Made by a program: the position numbers and the translations under genes. Shown one piece after another: positions 43,600 through 57,878 of a stretch of DNA of 64,000 nt. The first letter of the stretch is position 1, and every line of letters begins with the position of its first letter. The notes under the pieces are model-generated. The model saw nothing but the letters and a program-made list of their open reading frames with translations. It had not been told where the DNA came from and did no database searches. The DNA is from Podarcis liolepis (taxonomy: Eukaryota): the NCBI GenBank assembly GCA_965112155.1, contig OZ218101.1; one strand, 5' to 3'.

Positions 43600-44160
43600 T
43601 CTACCTGGGCACCACTATAGCCATCCACTTTTCAACTGATGCTGAGCTGGACAAGCGTATTGGCAAGGCAGATATGGCAATGGCTCGCCTCTCCAAAAGG
43701 GTGTGGGAGAATGTGATGCTAATGACCAATGTCAAGATGAAGGTCTAGCAGGCTTGCATGTTGAGCGCATTGTTTTATGGAAGTGAGTTGTGGGCAGAAA
43801 GTTTTTGGGTGTCACATGGCAGGACAGAGTCTCATACAAATATATGCTCTCTCAAGCCCATATTCCTAGCATGTTCACACTCCTCTCTCAGCAACATCTA
43901 TGTTGGCTTGCTCATGTACACAGAATGAAGATGGCAGAACCTCCAAGGATGTGCTGTATGGGGAGCTGGCTTCAGGCACTAGGCCTGTTGACAGACCAAC
44001 TGTTATCAAACCTGATATGAAGGTTGGCAACATTAACCCTACTGTGTGGGAATCCCTTGCAGACGATTGTAGTGCCTGGGGACAGACAAGTGAGGTGCAT
44101 CCACAGCAGTGGTAGGAGGAGTGCAGAGAGCAGAAACGCCATGATGCACCCGTAGCAGCA
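43600..44160 (+). mobile_element. RTE-clade LINE fragment (approximate ends)
   Basis: DAELDKRIGKA...RLSKRVW...LFYGSE and EDGR.SKDVLYGEL motifs, with stops and frameshifts. Confidence 0.75.
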
Positions 44161-44297
44161 AAATAGGGTGGAACTTAATTTTTGCAGCTTTCATCAGTGA
44201 GAGGGTCTTAAAAATATTTTTGGGGGTGTGAGAAATTCAGATCTGCTATTTACCAAAGAATTTTAATTTTGCCTCTTGAAAATGTCATGTAATGCTA

Positions 44298-44331
<34 letters not shown>

Positions 44332-46205
44332 TAAAAAAAATAAATAAACTGCAAGTACTTGACAATCATTTTTAATTATTTCCAGTGAATTTTTACACAC
44401 ATTTTACTTACCAAGCAAAACTAAATTATATTATATTAATTTAACCAAAATATCTTTTGAATTCCCAAGTGATGTTACAACTTTTTAGCACCCCTCATTC
44501 TTGGAATTTGAAAGCTGAAAAATTCAACACTCCCTTAGGCTACTGTGAACTAGATAATTATGTAACCTGTCTTTAGCTTTGGATATTTTTTTTTTTTAAG
44601 TGTTGTCTACTGTAAGATTAATCTTTTTTAATATAATGGGAACTCTTAAAAGAGCACTTTCCCCAATCTGGCGATACAATAAGAAAATTTTTTACCCACA
44701 AGTGCATGGAGCTTGTAATATGTGGCTTATGGTTTTCAAAGCACACATATTCCAACATAAATGATAAAAGAAGTGAAAGAATAAAATGTCTGACTAAAAT
44801 TTCCCTACACAAAGATCCTGTTTTAAAATATAATTCATGTTCTTACATCTGCAATGGGTATTATAGGGAAGAATAGGCAAACAGATGGTTTATAAACAGG
44901 ATTAAATAAATAAATAAAAAATCATTGACTAGGCATGTCAAACACACAATCCAGCCACAAAAGCCAGTTCCCACTCTTGATTTAAAAACAGCAGGCGGTG
45001 TTATTAATGACTGATGCTTCAACTAATAATGACCCTTTCCTGACAAATTTTAGATGGTTTACAGAGTTACACATTGTTTCTGCTGAGCCTTTCAGAGTAG
45101 CAGCCATAGTAAGAAATAATGAACAACTTGTTATTGCATGGACTGGTGGAAATGTATTGTCCAGCCTTTCCAAGCCCAGCTGCTGTTGAAAGCGGTAGAA
45201 TCCTCACTCTTTCTCCAGTCTATAGTTTTGACTGCCTTACAAAATAGGATTTTATGCTGCTAAATTCCTAACTGCGTGGCCCTATTATTGTTCAGCTATG
45301 CAAAGAAAAAAGCAATCACAGCAGCAGTAGCAGCAAGCATTTTTGGGTGGAGTGTTAAATACACCCAAACCCAGGCATTCTAGCCAATGCAGTGTTATAG
45401 GACAATTTTCCTACTGCAAAAAAGGGGCCAGATGGCATGATAACTACTTGATTGATCTCTTCTGTGCACTACATTCAATGACTTTGGATTTTCAGGCTAT
45501 TTATAAATGCAATAATCTTCTTAAATGCTAAATTCAACTGTGTATTATAAAAGGTCTCGTCCCTGTCCCCTCCTGTATCAGCCAAATGCTGTAGATTAAG
45601 TTGAGGATTTCTCCAGGGAAAACATTGTTCATCATGCGGCTTGAAGTTTGCAGATATTTGATAAAACTGCTAGTAGGATCCGGAATATTGGTTGGCTTTC
45701 ATTTCTGTACAGCTGGTTCTTTTTGTAATGTATATTTAGGAACTGCTTTTATTGCTGCTGTCCTTAACATGAAAACTTTATTATGGCAATTGTAGTAAAA
45801 AAGAGTTAAGTGCATTTTAAGCAAAAGCCAGCAGACAGGGTTTCTCAAAACTAATAAAAACGCAGAAATATTTGTGACTTAAGAGGTAGCAGCAAACGTT
45901 TAAGGACCCATCAACTATCTTAGAAACTCAATTACAAAAAAACTTTTCATTTCAGGGAAATTTGTGCTGTTCAGGGCCATGACCCTGAACAGACAGGTTG
46001 ACAATATTGATTTGGACTCCTGTGGTTATTTCAGCCGCAGGTTGGGGACCCCTGATCTAGCCTAACCCCCAACAATGCAGGAATCTTTTGCAAAATGTGG
46101 TACTCAAACCTATGATCCTGAGACATGGGTGTAGCCAGGACTTTTGTTAGGGGGGGGCAGGGATGATGTGATTGGTCAGTTAGTTATTTCTATTGTTTTA
46201 CTTGA

Positions 46206-46423
46206 GAAGAGAAGACTCCCTGGAAAAGACCCTGATGTTGGGAAAGATGGAGGGCACAAGGAGAAGGGGACGGCAGAGGACGAGATGGTTGGACAGTGTT
46301 CTCGAAGCTACCAGCATGAGTTTGACTAAACTGCGGGAGGCAGTGGAAGACAGGAGTGCCTGGCGTGCTCTGGTCCATGGGGTCACGAAGAGTTGGACAT
46401 GACTAAACGACTAAACAACAACT
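46206..46423 (+). mobile_element. Bov-B (RTE) 3' fragment nested in an hAT MITE (46124-46477) nested in a SINE
   Basis: RREDSLEKTLMLGKMEGTRRRGRQRTRWLD; (CAA) tail; 13-bp TSD TTGTTTTACTTGA. Confidence 0.85.
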
Positions 46424-49400
46424 TTGTTTTACTTGATCTGTGTGTGTGTGTGTGGGGCAGCTACGCCCATGCCCATGCTCTGAGATTAAGAGTCTTATGC
46501 GCTGCCAACTGAGCTCTCTTAGTTTTGCTTGTTCACTGGAATACACATACGGAGTCTATACAGCTGAAGGTATTATTTTGCATAGCAAGTACCCAACTGG
46601 CAACAAATCCCATTCGCACAGAATGATAAGGAGTTGGAAATGTGCTCAAATGTCACCTAGGTGAACTCCCTGCTTACTGCAGGTTAGCCAGAGTCAGTGG
46701 GAGATAAGAGAGGCTTTGTAAGAATTTGCTGAGTTTCCTGGCACAGGAAAGACTGAGGCTTTGGACTTCGTAGGTAATGATTGAACTGCATTGTAACGAT
46801 ATGTGAATTTGTTCTCAAGCATCAGCCATGGGGTTAGGGCAAATGAGCTCTCCTGGCATTTTGGAGCTGGAGTGAACATGGAAAGCCCTTAGCAGAACAT
46901 ACTAAGCTGAAAGGTTTTTTATGAATTGAATTTGATAATATTTGATCATGAGCTATCCTCAGTATATTTTCTTCTTCACAAGTTTGAACAATTTGTGCAA
47001 AAAAGTAGTTAGCCCTGAATATAGTGCTCATCAATTTAATTGGGTGACCCTGAACTCTAAATTTCTATCTACACTCCTCTCAGTTCCATTCATTGTTGTC
47101 AAAAAATCCCAATGCAACTCCATAGCTTTTTTCTGAACTAAAAAAAAATAATCCTGAAAAACTTTCCTCATACGGTGGGTGCTCCAAACATAATAATTTG
47201 GGTAGCACTTTGGGGTACCTTTTCCAAAGGTATGATCTCCTTTTTGAAATGGAGCACCCATTCACAGTATTCCAAATACAGCCACACCATTAGAATAACA
47301 AAGCATTATGATGCTAGCAATTTCATCTCCAACACCTTTCCTAATAATTTAAGTCTTTCCTACCACTTCGCTCCCACTATTTAAAAATCTGAACAGCAGC
47401 TAAGGAGGAAAGGGCCAATTTGGACCACCACTGCACCACTAAGGGTGGGTTAACTTTCCCACTGCATACTGTTCTCCTACTGAAATTTGCCACTGCGGAT
47501 GCTAATTGTATCACAGTAAAAATTAGCTGGATGACACTTGTTGGTTCTACATTGCAGGGCAAATAGCTGCTGGAGAAACTATTTAAATCAGAAGAAGGCA
47601 CTGGGGGAGAAGGTTCTCTCCCACCCTGATACCAGAGTCCTGATCCAAACTTCCTCCTTGTGACTGCTATTCAATTTTAAACAACAACAACAAACCTGGA
47701 AGATTTAATTACAGATCCCCATGGGAATATGTCATGGCTACATGCACTCCATGAAAACAATGATCTTTCCATTTCATTTTCTGCTAATCCTTTCATAAAC
47801 ATAGTACTAGTCACATAAAACATTCTGGCATATTTTTCAGTGAAAAAAACATGAAGGCATTTCCACAGGACGAGAATAAGGGGTTGACATTGCTGAATAA
47901 ACATGACACTCAGGTAAACATTCAAAGATAACTGGCCTAATTCACTTGAGTATCTGGCATATCCCCACCCCCCTTGGATTCCCCCAAAGTAACATCTATG
48001 TGTTGATTTACCCCCATTTCAGAATACCAATTAAAATGAAAGCTAGTAGATATCAGAATATTACAAAACAATGCAGTAACTCACCATGCTAATTTCTTCA
48101 TAGAAGTGCTAATTCTCTGGACAGATGCTCTCTTTTTTCCTCGAGACCCATTTCAATTTCATTTAAATATTAATAATGGTAAGGTTTCTTATTCCAACAG
48201 AAAACAAAGCCTCTGTTTATAATGCCTTTTGGATAGATACATACAGAGAGGCTCCTTCATTGTTCCCTAATATTATTTTTAAGAAGGGGTAGTATGGGGG
48301 CACCATACTTTAGTGGTTCCATTCTGACCTCCAGGGCTGTTTCCAGAGTAGTCATGGGAGGCTACTGTTCAGTACCATGGAAGTTGTCCTGTGGTGTCTT
48401 TTGTTTCTCAAAAACATGGCAGCATAGGCACATCCAGTAAATCAGGGTGGGCAGGTTTCAGGCTTGCATTTTCTACCTTTAAAAAACAAACAAAAAACCC
48501 AGAACTCTGAAATTTACCAAATAGAGCCAGGTGCAAATGAGTGGCTGGGGTGGAGAACAGCATATTCTTCAAACTGAGGAGCAGGATGCTTCCAAGCACC
48601 TGCTCAAGTTCACAGAAAAAGGCACTCCTGGTTTTCACTCTTGAGACATCGTCTGCACAATATATTTAAAGTGGCATCATACCTCTTTAAGCAGTCACGA
48701 CTTCCACGTGAAGAATCCTGGGAACTGTAGTTTGTTAAGGTGATGAGTTATTAGAAGACCCTTATTACCCCCACATAGCTACAATGCTCACAGTGGTATA
48801 GCAGCCAATCCTTCTTCCTAGTAACTCTGTTTTGGATGCAGAGTTCTGCATTTCGATGCCTCTGAAGGCGCTGTTGCTCAGTATGGTGTTGTGTCGCCCA
48901 GTTTGGTGTGATGGTTCCAAGCTGTACCAATTCTGACACCTCTGAAAATACTGTTGCTTAATTTGGTGTGTTGGTTCCCAAGAGCGAAGAGCAGGTTTTG
49001 GTCTGCTTGGATACCATTGGACAATGTTTTGAATCCAAGCAGCAGACTGAACCATTCCAAACTCTGCCTATCTGGAGATGTCACAAGAGATTGTTGCTCA
49101 ATTTGGTGCAACAAACTGGGTCAATGGGGATGTCTCTGATGATTCTGCTATTCCAATTTGACATGGCGGTTCTTAAGATGGAGGTGCAGATTTTGGTCTT
49201 TGTTTGGAAAAGGTTGGCTGCTATTTTGAATCAAGATGGGGGACTCCACCATACTCCACCATTTTGGATGGGGTGGGAGGTGGTGGTGGCATTGTTAATG
49301 GGTGTTGGCAGTGCAGGAGCCACCCACCAAGGGTGCAATCCTGGTGATCACAGCATTAAAATGAACTAGGGTTTTGCTGTTGTCATGGAAGATGAACTTG

Positions 49401-52285
49401 CATCACAAGTGTACACAGATACTGCTAATAAATGTGCTACTAGCACAAATGTTTTTGATAGTGGCACTGGCTACTAAATCCCCATAATTTGCTGCTGAAT
49501 ATTTAGCAAAAGAATAAAAAGTTTAACACGTAAGAGCAGAAAAAATCCAGAGAGAATAAGTCACTAATGCAGATGTTAGAATGCTGGGAGATTAAAAGCT
49601 TATTGAATCAGCTCAGTGATTCCATTTCCACAGCACTGGATTATAATAGTACACTCAATTCCTTAAGAATAATGTTGATGGTAAAGAAACAGCTGTATAT
49701 TGCTTCAATTTTTTGCCAGCCCTGTGATGCAAGGCATGATGTCATAAAGTCAGGAAGACCATGTAGTCTAATAACAAATGCAAATTAAATGGTTATGTTT
49801 ATAGTTGAATAATCAAAGCTCGGGGAGGGGATAGAAAAAGGGATATATTTTTCTCATTAAACTTACATTGTGCCAGGTTCAGAAACTCAAAACTAGCTTG
49901 CAATCCGAATTTCTGAAGGTGTCATGGGCTATGCAATGAGACAAAGGCAACTGATAAACTTTCTGGGTGCTATCCAGCTAAATTATGGTTGTCCACTGAG
50001 ATCAATGTATTTAAGTTTACTGGGTTGTGCAATGGGACTTCTCACCTGCATACCCTCAAAATCTGCTATAAAAGGTTTGCAGAGTAGTTCTTTGGGACAT
50101 GTGAGGAAAAGTGAGGTAGGAGAAATCCTGTTGCACAAGTGGAACTCTGTGTGCAGAGCTGGATTCAACTCATTGATTTCAATGGGTATACTCTGAGGAG
50201 GACTAATGTTGGGTATCACCCTCTAGACATAAATACCCTAGTGCAAAGACTTATATGCCAAAGGAAATGGCTCTCTTTGCTCTCGCTTGCAGTCTTCTCA
50301 AAGTGCATTAACTCTTCTTAGGCCCTTTAAAAATCTTTAGTCTTTTATATTGTTAACATATGTTGAATTCTGAATGGTTCTCAAGGATGTGAAGCTATCT
50401 ATGAGTAAATAATTTTTTTTTGCATTTTAACGGTGAGGATAACACTTTTCAAAAACATACTGGAATTTAATAACAAAAGCAAAAAATCCATATTAAATAA
50501 TAAAAATGTAAAACAATCAGTCCAAGGTACATCAATACTGGCGATAAATGGTGATTTAAGTTCACAAAGACATCAAACTGGGATGGGAAATGCTCAGTCT
50601 CCCTCTTCTAGGGCAGGGAACAGACGTTACCCTTTGCTGAAGGAAGGTCAGATAAATCAGAAAATAGCAACAACCCTGAGATGAATACATGGAAAATATT
50701 TGCTTATTAAGGCTCTGCATATAAAATTTAGGACTGCTTCACACATTGTCAAGAACAAACGCTTCCCCATTCAGTATGCACTGCAGGAGGACGTGGCCAA
50801 TTGGAAGCTCCCGGAGATTTGTACCTGTGCACCACATGTTTGTTTTATTACGCATATTTTTTTCGGTATATTGTTTTTAGCATGTATAATATGCGCACAT
50901 GCTAAAAATGTGACTGTATGAAGCAACCCTTATTTGCTAAGTGAGCCACAAGTCTTCAAGTCTTGCAGTCAAACCACGTATGCCAATCAACACAAAGATG
51001 GCGAGAATCCCTCCCCACCCTAAACATCTACAAAGGAGTTGACTGGCTTTTGAAGCACCTGAAGAATCCTGTGATGAAATGAATGACCCAAGGCATTTAA
51101 TTGTTGAACACATAAAAGGAAGTATATTTAAAATAAAAAATTGGTCAGAATGTAGAGTCATTTACCGTTGAAAGGAATTTACAGGGCTGCGGCAGATGAG
51201 TCTTTTGGAATTGTTAGTTCATCGCAATGCCTAAACTGGTTTCTTCATTGCACAGTATTTTCTCTTAAAATGTGTGCATTTTCAAAACAATTACATACAT
51301 ATTAAAAATCAGCATTTCTTTGCTTAAACGTAATTAAAACGTTAATACTCTCAGACAACACAGATCTGAAATGGTGAAACCAGTAATTTTTTCCCCCTCC
51401 CACCTTTACAACAAATTAAATTGAGACAAAATTACAAACACATTTCACTACATGATTATTAATAAAAATTAGGATTTTTGTTTATAAAGTTGCCCAAAAT
51501 GCAAGGGATGTGCATAGGTTTTACAACTTAGTCATAGTACTTAATTTTATTCCCTTGGGTACTTCCCCCCATGAACGGAATGTACTTTGCTGTAGATTAC
51601 AGTTTTTTTTCAACACAGATACACCAACAGCATGAACGCTTGCGACTGTCCACATGCATTAAGAGTCAAGACCCAACTTCAAATCTCTATAAGTTTTACA
51701 GAGTTCTTCAAAGAGACAGTATCACATTATTCGGATATTACATGAAAGTACTTCAAAATACTATTCTAAAAATAAAAAAGCAAAGGAAGGCCATTAGAAT
51801 TTAAGAATTGATCTTGTTATGATTGGGCTAATAATTTCAAATAAATAAAGGAAAGCAAGGTATTCCAATTCACAAAATCAGACTCTAAAAAGAATGTAGT
51901 GTTCCAACCCCAAGTTAAGTAACAGATCATATTATTATTAAAATAGATTATAGAAAGCAGCATCTATTTTGTGCAGTTTTAGGGGCCTTTGAAATTAAAA
52001 GCTATGATTTCCAAAAATATAACATTCCAAAGGATTGAATAATACATATATTTAAAGATACATTTTAATAAAGTTTAGGAGAACTGATTAAAAAAGATAC
52101 TGTCTCTTTAAATTAGCATTTTCTCCTCCTATCTATAAGGACATGACGATAATTATAAATTTAGGTCACACTACATCTAGGTAGTCTCTAGGGGCCAAGA
52201 CCTGTTGACACAAGGTCAATAACAAAGAGGTTCTTCCATGTATGAGGTGGTTCCCAGTAATGATAAAATTCTTCCGGTGATAAGA

Positions 52286-52537
<252 letters not shown>

Positions 52538-53814
52538 TTATACAGAAGAGACTACCAAATGAAATTCTTACCTAAGAATTTGTCAGTGATTTAGTACCTT
52601 ACTAAAAGCCAAATTCCACTTAATTTGTTATACAGTTTGCCATAGTCTTAGGTTTCTCACATCACAACCATACACTTATCTACTTTCAGGGAGACTTGAA
52701 TGGACAAGGAATGAAGATGAGAAAAAAGGATCAGCATAAACAAGGACCAAGGGGTGTGGAGGGCTATGTCATTAAGGACAACACACCACATACAACCTAT
52801 TTGTCTTCTGTTATGCATTGATTTGATTAAGGCACATGAGCAATCTAATTCATTTCAGTGAAAGAAGCAGATCTGCACGCATAAAGGAACATGAGCATGA
52901 TTCTGTTGTCTCTTTCTAAATTGGGGGTGGGTGGGGGTGGAGCTAACCTGTGGCCTTGCAGATGTTATTGGATTCCAACTCCCATCAGTCACAGCTAGCA
53001 TGGCCAAGGGTCAGGGATGATGGGAGCTGTAGTCCTGAAATGTCTGGAGGGCCCCATGTTAGTCGCCCCCTTATTTAAATGAATGGGGCGGCTCTTGTGA
53101 AATCGCTTAATTCACACAAACTGGAAGTTCCTTTATTCACAACGAATTGGTAGATGGTGTTGACTAAAAGGAATACATTGTATGCTCTCTGGTACACATG
53201 AACTACTAAAGTGTATTAGAGAACAGGGAAGTTGGGAAACCATTACAGGATCATATTAAGTTTTTCTGATGTACACACTTTTGCAAACCCTTTAAAAGTG
53301 TGGGGAACCTGTGGTCTTTCAGATGTTGGATTTTCAACTCCCATCAACTCCAGCCAGCATGACCAACAACCAGAGAGCCGTATGTATCCCACATGTGCTC
53401 TAAACCTATAAATGCTGGTGTTGCCTTCACAGGGACAACTCTACTCCCTCCAATAGGAGCAGCCTATGCACACAAAGAGCTTCTAGTTTGGGTATTGTGC
53501 ATTAGCAACATGAGACCTGCGGTATCAACTAATCCACAGATATATTGCTCCCTCTTCATTACTTTGGCCTATATGAAATTGCCACCATGGGAAACATTCA
53601 CAGATCAACACACATTCTGAGAAAATTGTGTGAGGCTTTACTCTGAGCGCTTGTCATTTCCATTTGTACCACACTCCTCCTGAACAGGCACGTATCAGGA
53701 AACGGAGGTGAAGCAGAAAAGTACTAAGATTCAGAGCCAATGGATTCAGGAGCCAGGCATGTTATAGCCACACCCTGGTGATACTATGGGCCTTAAAATG
53801 ATCATGGTGTAAGG

Positions 53815-53950
53815 CAGGCACCTTCAACCTGCGGCCCTCCAGATGTTTTGGCCTACAACTCCCATGATCCCTAGCTAACAGGACCAGTGGTCAGGGATGA
53901 TGGGAATTGCAGTCCCAAACATCTGGAGGGCTGAAGGTTGGGGATGCCTG
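53815..53950. mobile_element. Palindromic hAT MITE (URR1-like); degraded relatives near 14.2, 35.3, 53.0 and 53.3 kb
   Basis: Long internal inverted repeat; perfect 8-bp TSD GTGTAAGG. Confidence 0.85.
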
Positions 53951-54610
53951 GTGTAAGGCAAAGAAAGTGCAGTTGTTCCTCATTAGTCTAAGTATCTACC
54001 AAGAAGCTGCATTTTGGCTTCAGGGATATAACATTTTCCTATCAGCAGAGGCAGTGCTTTTTTTCTGGCAGTACTCAACAGTATACAGTACTGGCACCCC
54101 CCCACCAATCTTGCGATAAGGTATATGGAGGGTGGGGAGAGCAAGCAAGCAAGGCTAAAAGGGGGATTGCAAAAAGCAGGAGGCTGAGGCTGAGGCAGTG
54201 AGGAAAAGGAGGTCCTTGTTTGGGGCTGGAGTTGCTGCTCTCAGTCAACAGGTTGCATCATTCCCCCTCTTCTGCCCTGGACATGCTCCTATGCTGCTGC
54301 CTTGCAGTGCTGCAAGCGGCTGAGCGAGTGAGTACCACTTCCCTTTCGTCTCTGCTCACTCTTTGCATGTGTACGGGGTGGGAGGGAGAGAAGGCGGACA
54401 AGGCTCCATCACCCTCCATTCTGGGGCTGGGGCAAGCCATAGAGGTGAGTGCGGACGGTGGGGCTGGTGGCTGGGAGGAGGGGAAGGAAGGAGAAGGGGA
54501 GGGCAGGATGTTGGGTAGGTGTGAAGAGCAGAAGGGACAAGGTTGAGGGAGAGGTTGGAGAAGTGAGAGGGGCACACAAAGTGGGCCTTTAATTAATGGA
54601 GGGGGGGACC

Positions 54611-54612
<2 letters not shown>

Positions 54613-54649
<37 letters not shown>

Positions 54650-54660
54650 AGAGAGAGAGA
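54613..54660. repeat. (GA)n microsatellite
   Basis: GA run with a short GGGA interruption. Confidence 0.9.
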
Positions 54661-55874
54661 AAAGGGAGGAAGAGAATCATGGTAAAAACTGTCACCCTTT
54701 TTTTCTAGAAAAGAAGCACTGAATAGAAGTACTATAATTTTATATTTGGGAAAATGAAATATTTCCTTCATACACTGTTACTGAGACTCCTACATGGATT
54801 GTAACCTGTGCATTCACTCGTCTGTGACATCATTACTGAAATGCAATTCCTGTTCCTGTCCATGTCTGGCACCTTTCCACTGTGCAACTTAAAATAATGA
54901 TTATATATTATTGGTTCCTAAGCTGGTACTTACAGGCAACTTTCTGCACCATTTTGGCAGCTAGATAAAATTAGTACAAGTGCAAGAAAATGAGAAGAAA
55001 AGTAAAAATGATAATTCAAGAAAAATAAACAAAACAAGGGCAGTCATGTAGGAGGATATGTCTGTGACATCACCACATCTTACACTTATTTTCATTTCAA
55101 TTTCTGTCTCCTTTTGTCAGTTCTGTCATACAATTTTAGTGAACAGGTGCTTGCTCCATCTTGGAATCATGAATTCAGCATTTTGCTTTTTATAAAACAC
55201 AATACCAAAATATATACAATTACACCTAGACACCATTGACACTTGATACAAAATGAAATGAATAGAATAGATCTATATGGAAGTTTTAAGCAGCTGGGCT
55301 TGGACAAAGTAAAAAACAAACTCCTACTTTCCCAATAAATGTAAGTATGCTAAAAATTGTTTTAAAGATTAAAAGGAAAAGAAGCTCTGATAATGTCTTC
55401 ACATCACAAGACATTGTCCAAACTAAATCTATATATTTTAAAAGGTTATTCTCTAGCTGTGTGCAAAGAAACTTGATGTGAACTTCTATTTAGGGACAAT
55501 CAGTGACATAAAACAGAGAGGCAGACTTCCATCATCCTCTCATGCATTTTCATTGAACGACTGTGCAGAAATGAGTGGTACAGACATGTCCTTATAAATA
55601 TGTGCTTTTAAGGTAGGTTTTAAAACAAGGTAAAGCAGGTAAAGAAAAAGGGATATTTATGCAAATGATGATTTGAAAGGAAAATGAATGAATGGACGTA
55701 GTCTTAAACATCCATTACAGTACAGAGAAACAATAATGAATATAAGATTTCTTCATCAAGATTTCATTCATCACTATTATCTATCACAGTAAATTCTGTC
55801 AAATAGGGATGAAGTTTCTGTTTGTGCCTATTCTTAAGTACTCTACAAATGTGATTTCATTGCAAAAGTCTTAC

Positions 55875-55958
55875 CTCGTTAATGCCTGGGGTAATTGTAG
55901 GTGCAGCGATAAAAACAACAAAAGGAGCAAACTCTGCAGTCCTCAGGACCTTCAGGGC
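55875..55958 (-). CDS. CASK: CASK penultimate coding exon
   Basis: [28 protein letters not shown]; AG/GT flanks. Confidence 0.96.
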
Positions 55959-57215
55959 CTAAGGAAAGAATATTTTAGGAGGAGGAGCATGGCATACATT
56001 GTAATACATTTGAAGACAAAACATGATTCTGGATCCTTTTGAAAGCCAAATTGTAAGTTGATAAGTGTTTCCAACCTTGCAGCGCCCGAAATGTCTATGC
56101 ATTGTTAGAACTCGTTTCTGTCAATGGTACTACTGAATGTAAAAAATAAATTAAATATAATACAAGGGTCCCCAATGTTATCTGGGCTTGGCAGGCAGAC
56201 ACTATTTGTGGTTCCCACTGACCCCCACCTGTCCTCTGACTTTCTGCTCGTATCAGGCATTGGTGACACTTGGAAGTAGGCTAGAGAACTTAGGAGTGAC
56301 AGCAAGAGGGGAAAAGATCTTTACCACCTTTGATTTCTCTGTGATGTGCAGAGAACTAGGTGAAGGGGCTTTCATTTGCTACTAGGTAACCAGGAATAGC
56401 AGGTATGTGTAACTGCTGCTGACTACCAGGTCGCAACAGTTGTAGGTATTTCATGTTTGATGTTGAAGATTTTGCAAACCAGTACTCAAGCTGATATCAT
56501 TGCAATTTATACAAATGAGAGAACCCATCTGCACAATTCCTATTGTTCATAAGACAACCTGCAGTTTAAAATACTGTTTCTGTCCGCAACTGTTCTTACT
56601 AGTGCTTGAAAAATAGCAAGAAACACTTTGGGCTATGTATGAAGTCTTTTCAGGAGCCCCGCCAAATTTTAACATTTAGAGAGGAAATGTTCCCCCACAA
56701 GCCCCTTAGCTGCACCCTTTCCCACTGCTGTTCACAGCTTGTTTATCCCTCTACTGCTGATTCAGCGGCATTTTATATTCCCCAGGTTCTCTTCCCTGAA
56801 TGATCCCAGCTGATCAGGGATCATGTTGCAAAGGCAATGATTTCACAGGCAATAAGGTTTGGCTCTGTGTCAACCCACATTCTAAACGGGTATGGAACAT
56901 CCTTGTTGCTGAGGTGGCTACACCCCACTAACAAGGCAGTGTATACTGGCCTGATTGCCTAAATAATTAGGGGCACCCTTGGAAAATATTTTCACAAACT
57001 TTTATGCCCCACCTGGGATGTAAAACACACTGCAGATGGACTTTTTGTTTCATATTTCTTTTTGCAAGAGACAAAAATGTTCAGAAAAAGGATACATAGT
57101 TAACTCTGATTCATTGTGTGGGAAAATGTCATATGTTTTTCATATATACCAACAATTTAAAAATCATGTTCCTATATGAAGAAAAGCTCATTAACATATC
57201 AAATGTGATAATTTA

Positions 57216-57536
<321 letters not shown>

Positions 57537-57765
57537 TCACACCTAATCTATAACACAGACATACATACAGGATGGTTGCCAATGCTGTCCATGAGCAAGT
57601 GGAGCAGACTTCTGTTCGTGTAAGGGGACTTTTAACTTCCCCTCAACCCCTTTGCAGCAGCTCCTTGCATGCCCTCAAAATTTGCTTCGAAGGATTATAA
57701 TAGACCGTCCATATATTCTGATGCCAAAGACATTCATAAGTAAATATGGTGGACTATTATTTTTC

Positions 57766-57878
57766 TTGAAGCAACTAATATGAGTCTGACCAAACTGCGG
57801 GAGGCAGTGGAAGACAGGAGTGCCTGGTATGCTCTGGTCCATGGGGTCACAAAGGGTCAGACATGACTAAATGACAAC
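57766..57878 (+). mobile_element. Bov-B 3' end fragment
   Basis: Homologous to 46300-46420; 10-bp TSD ATTATTTTTC. Confidence 0.8.
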
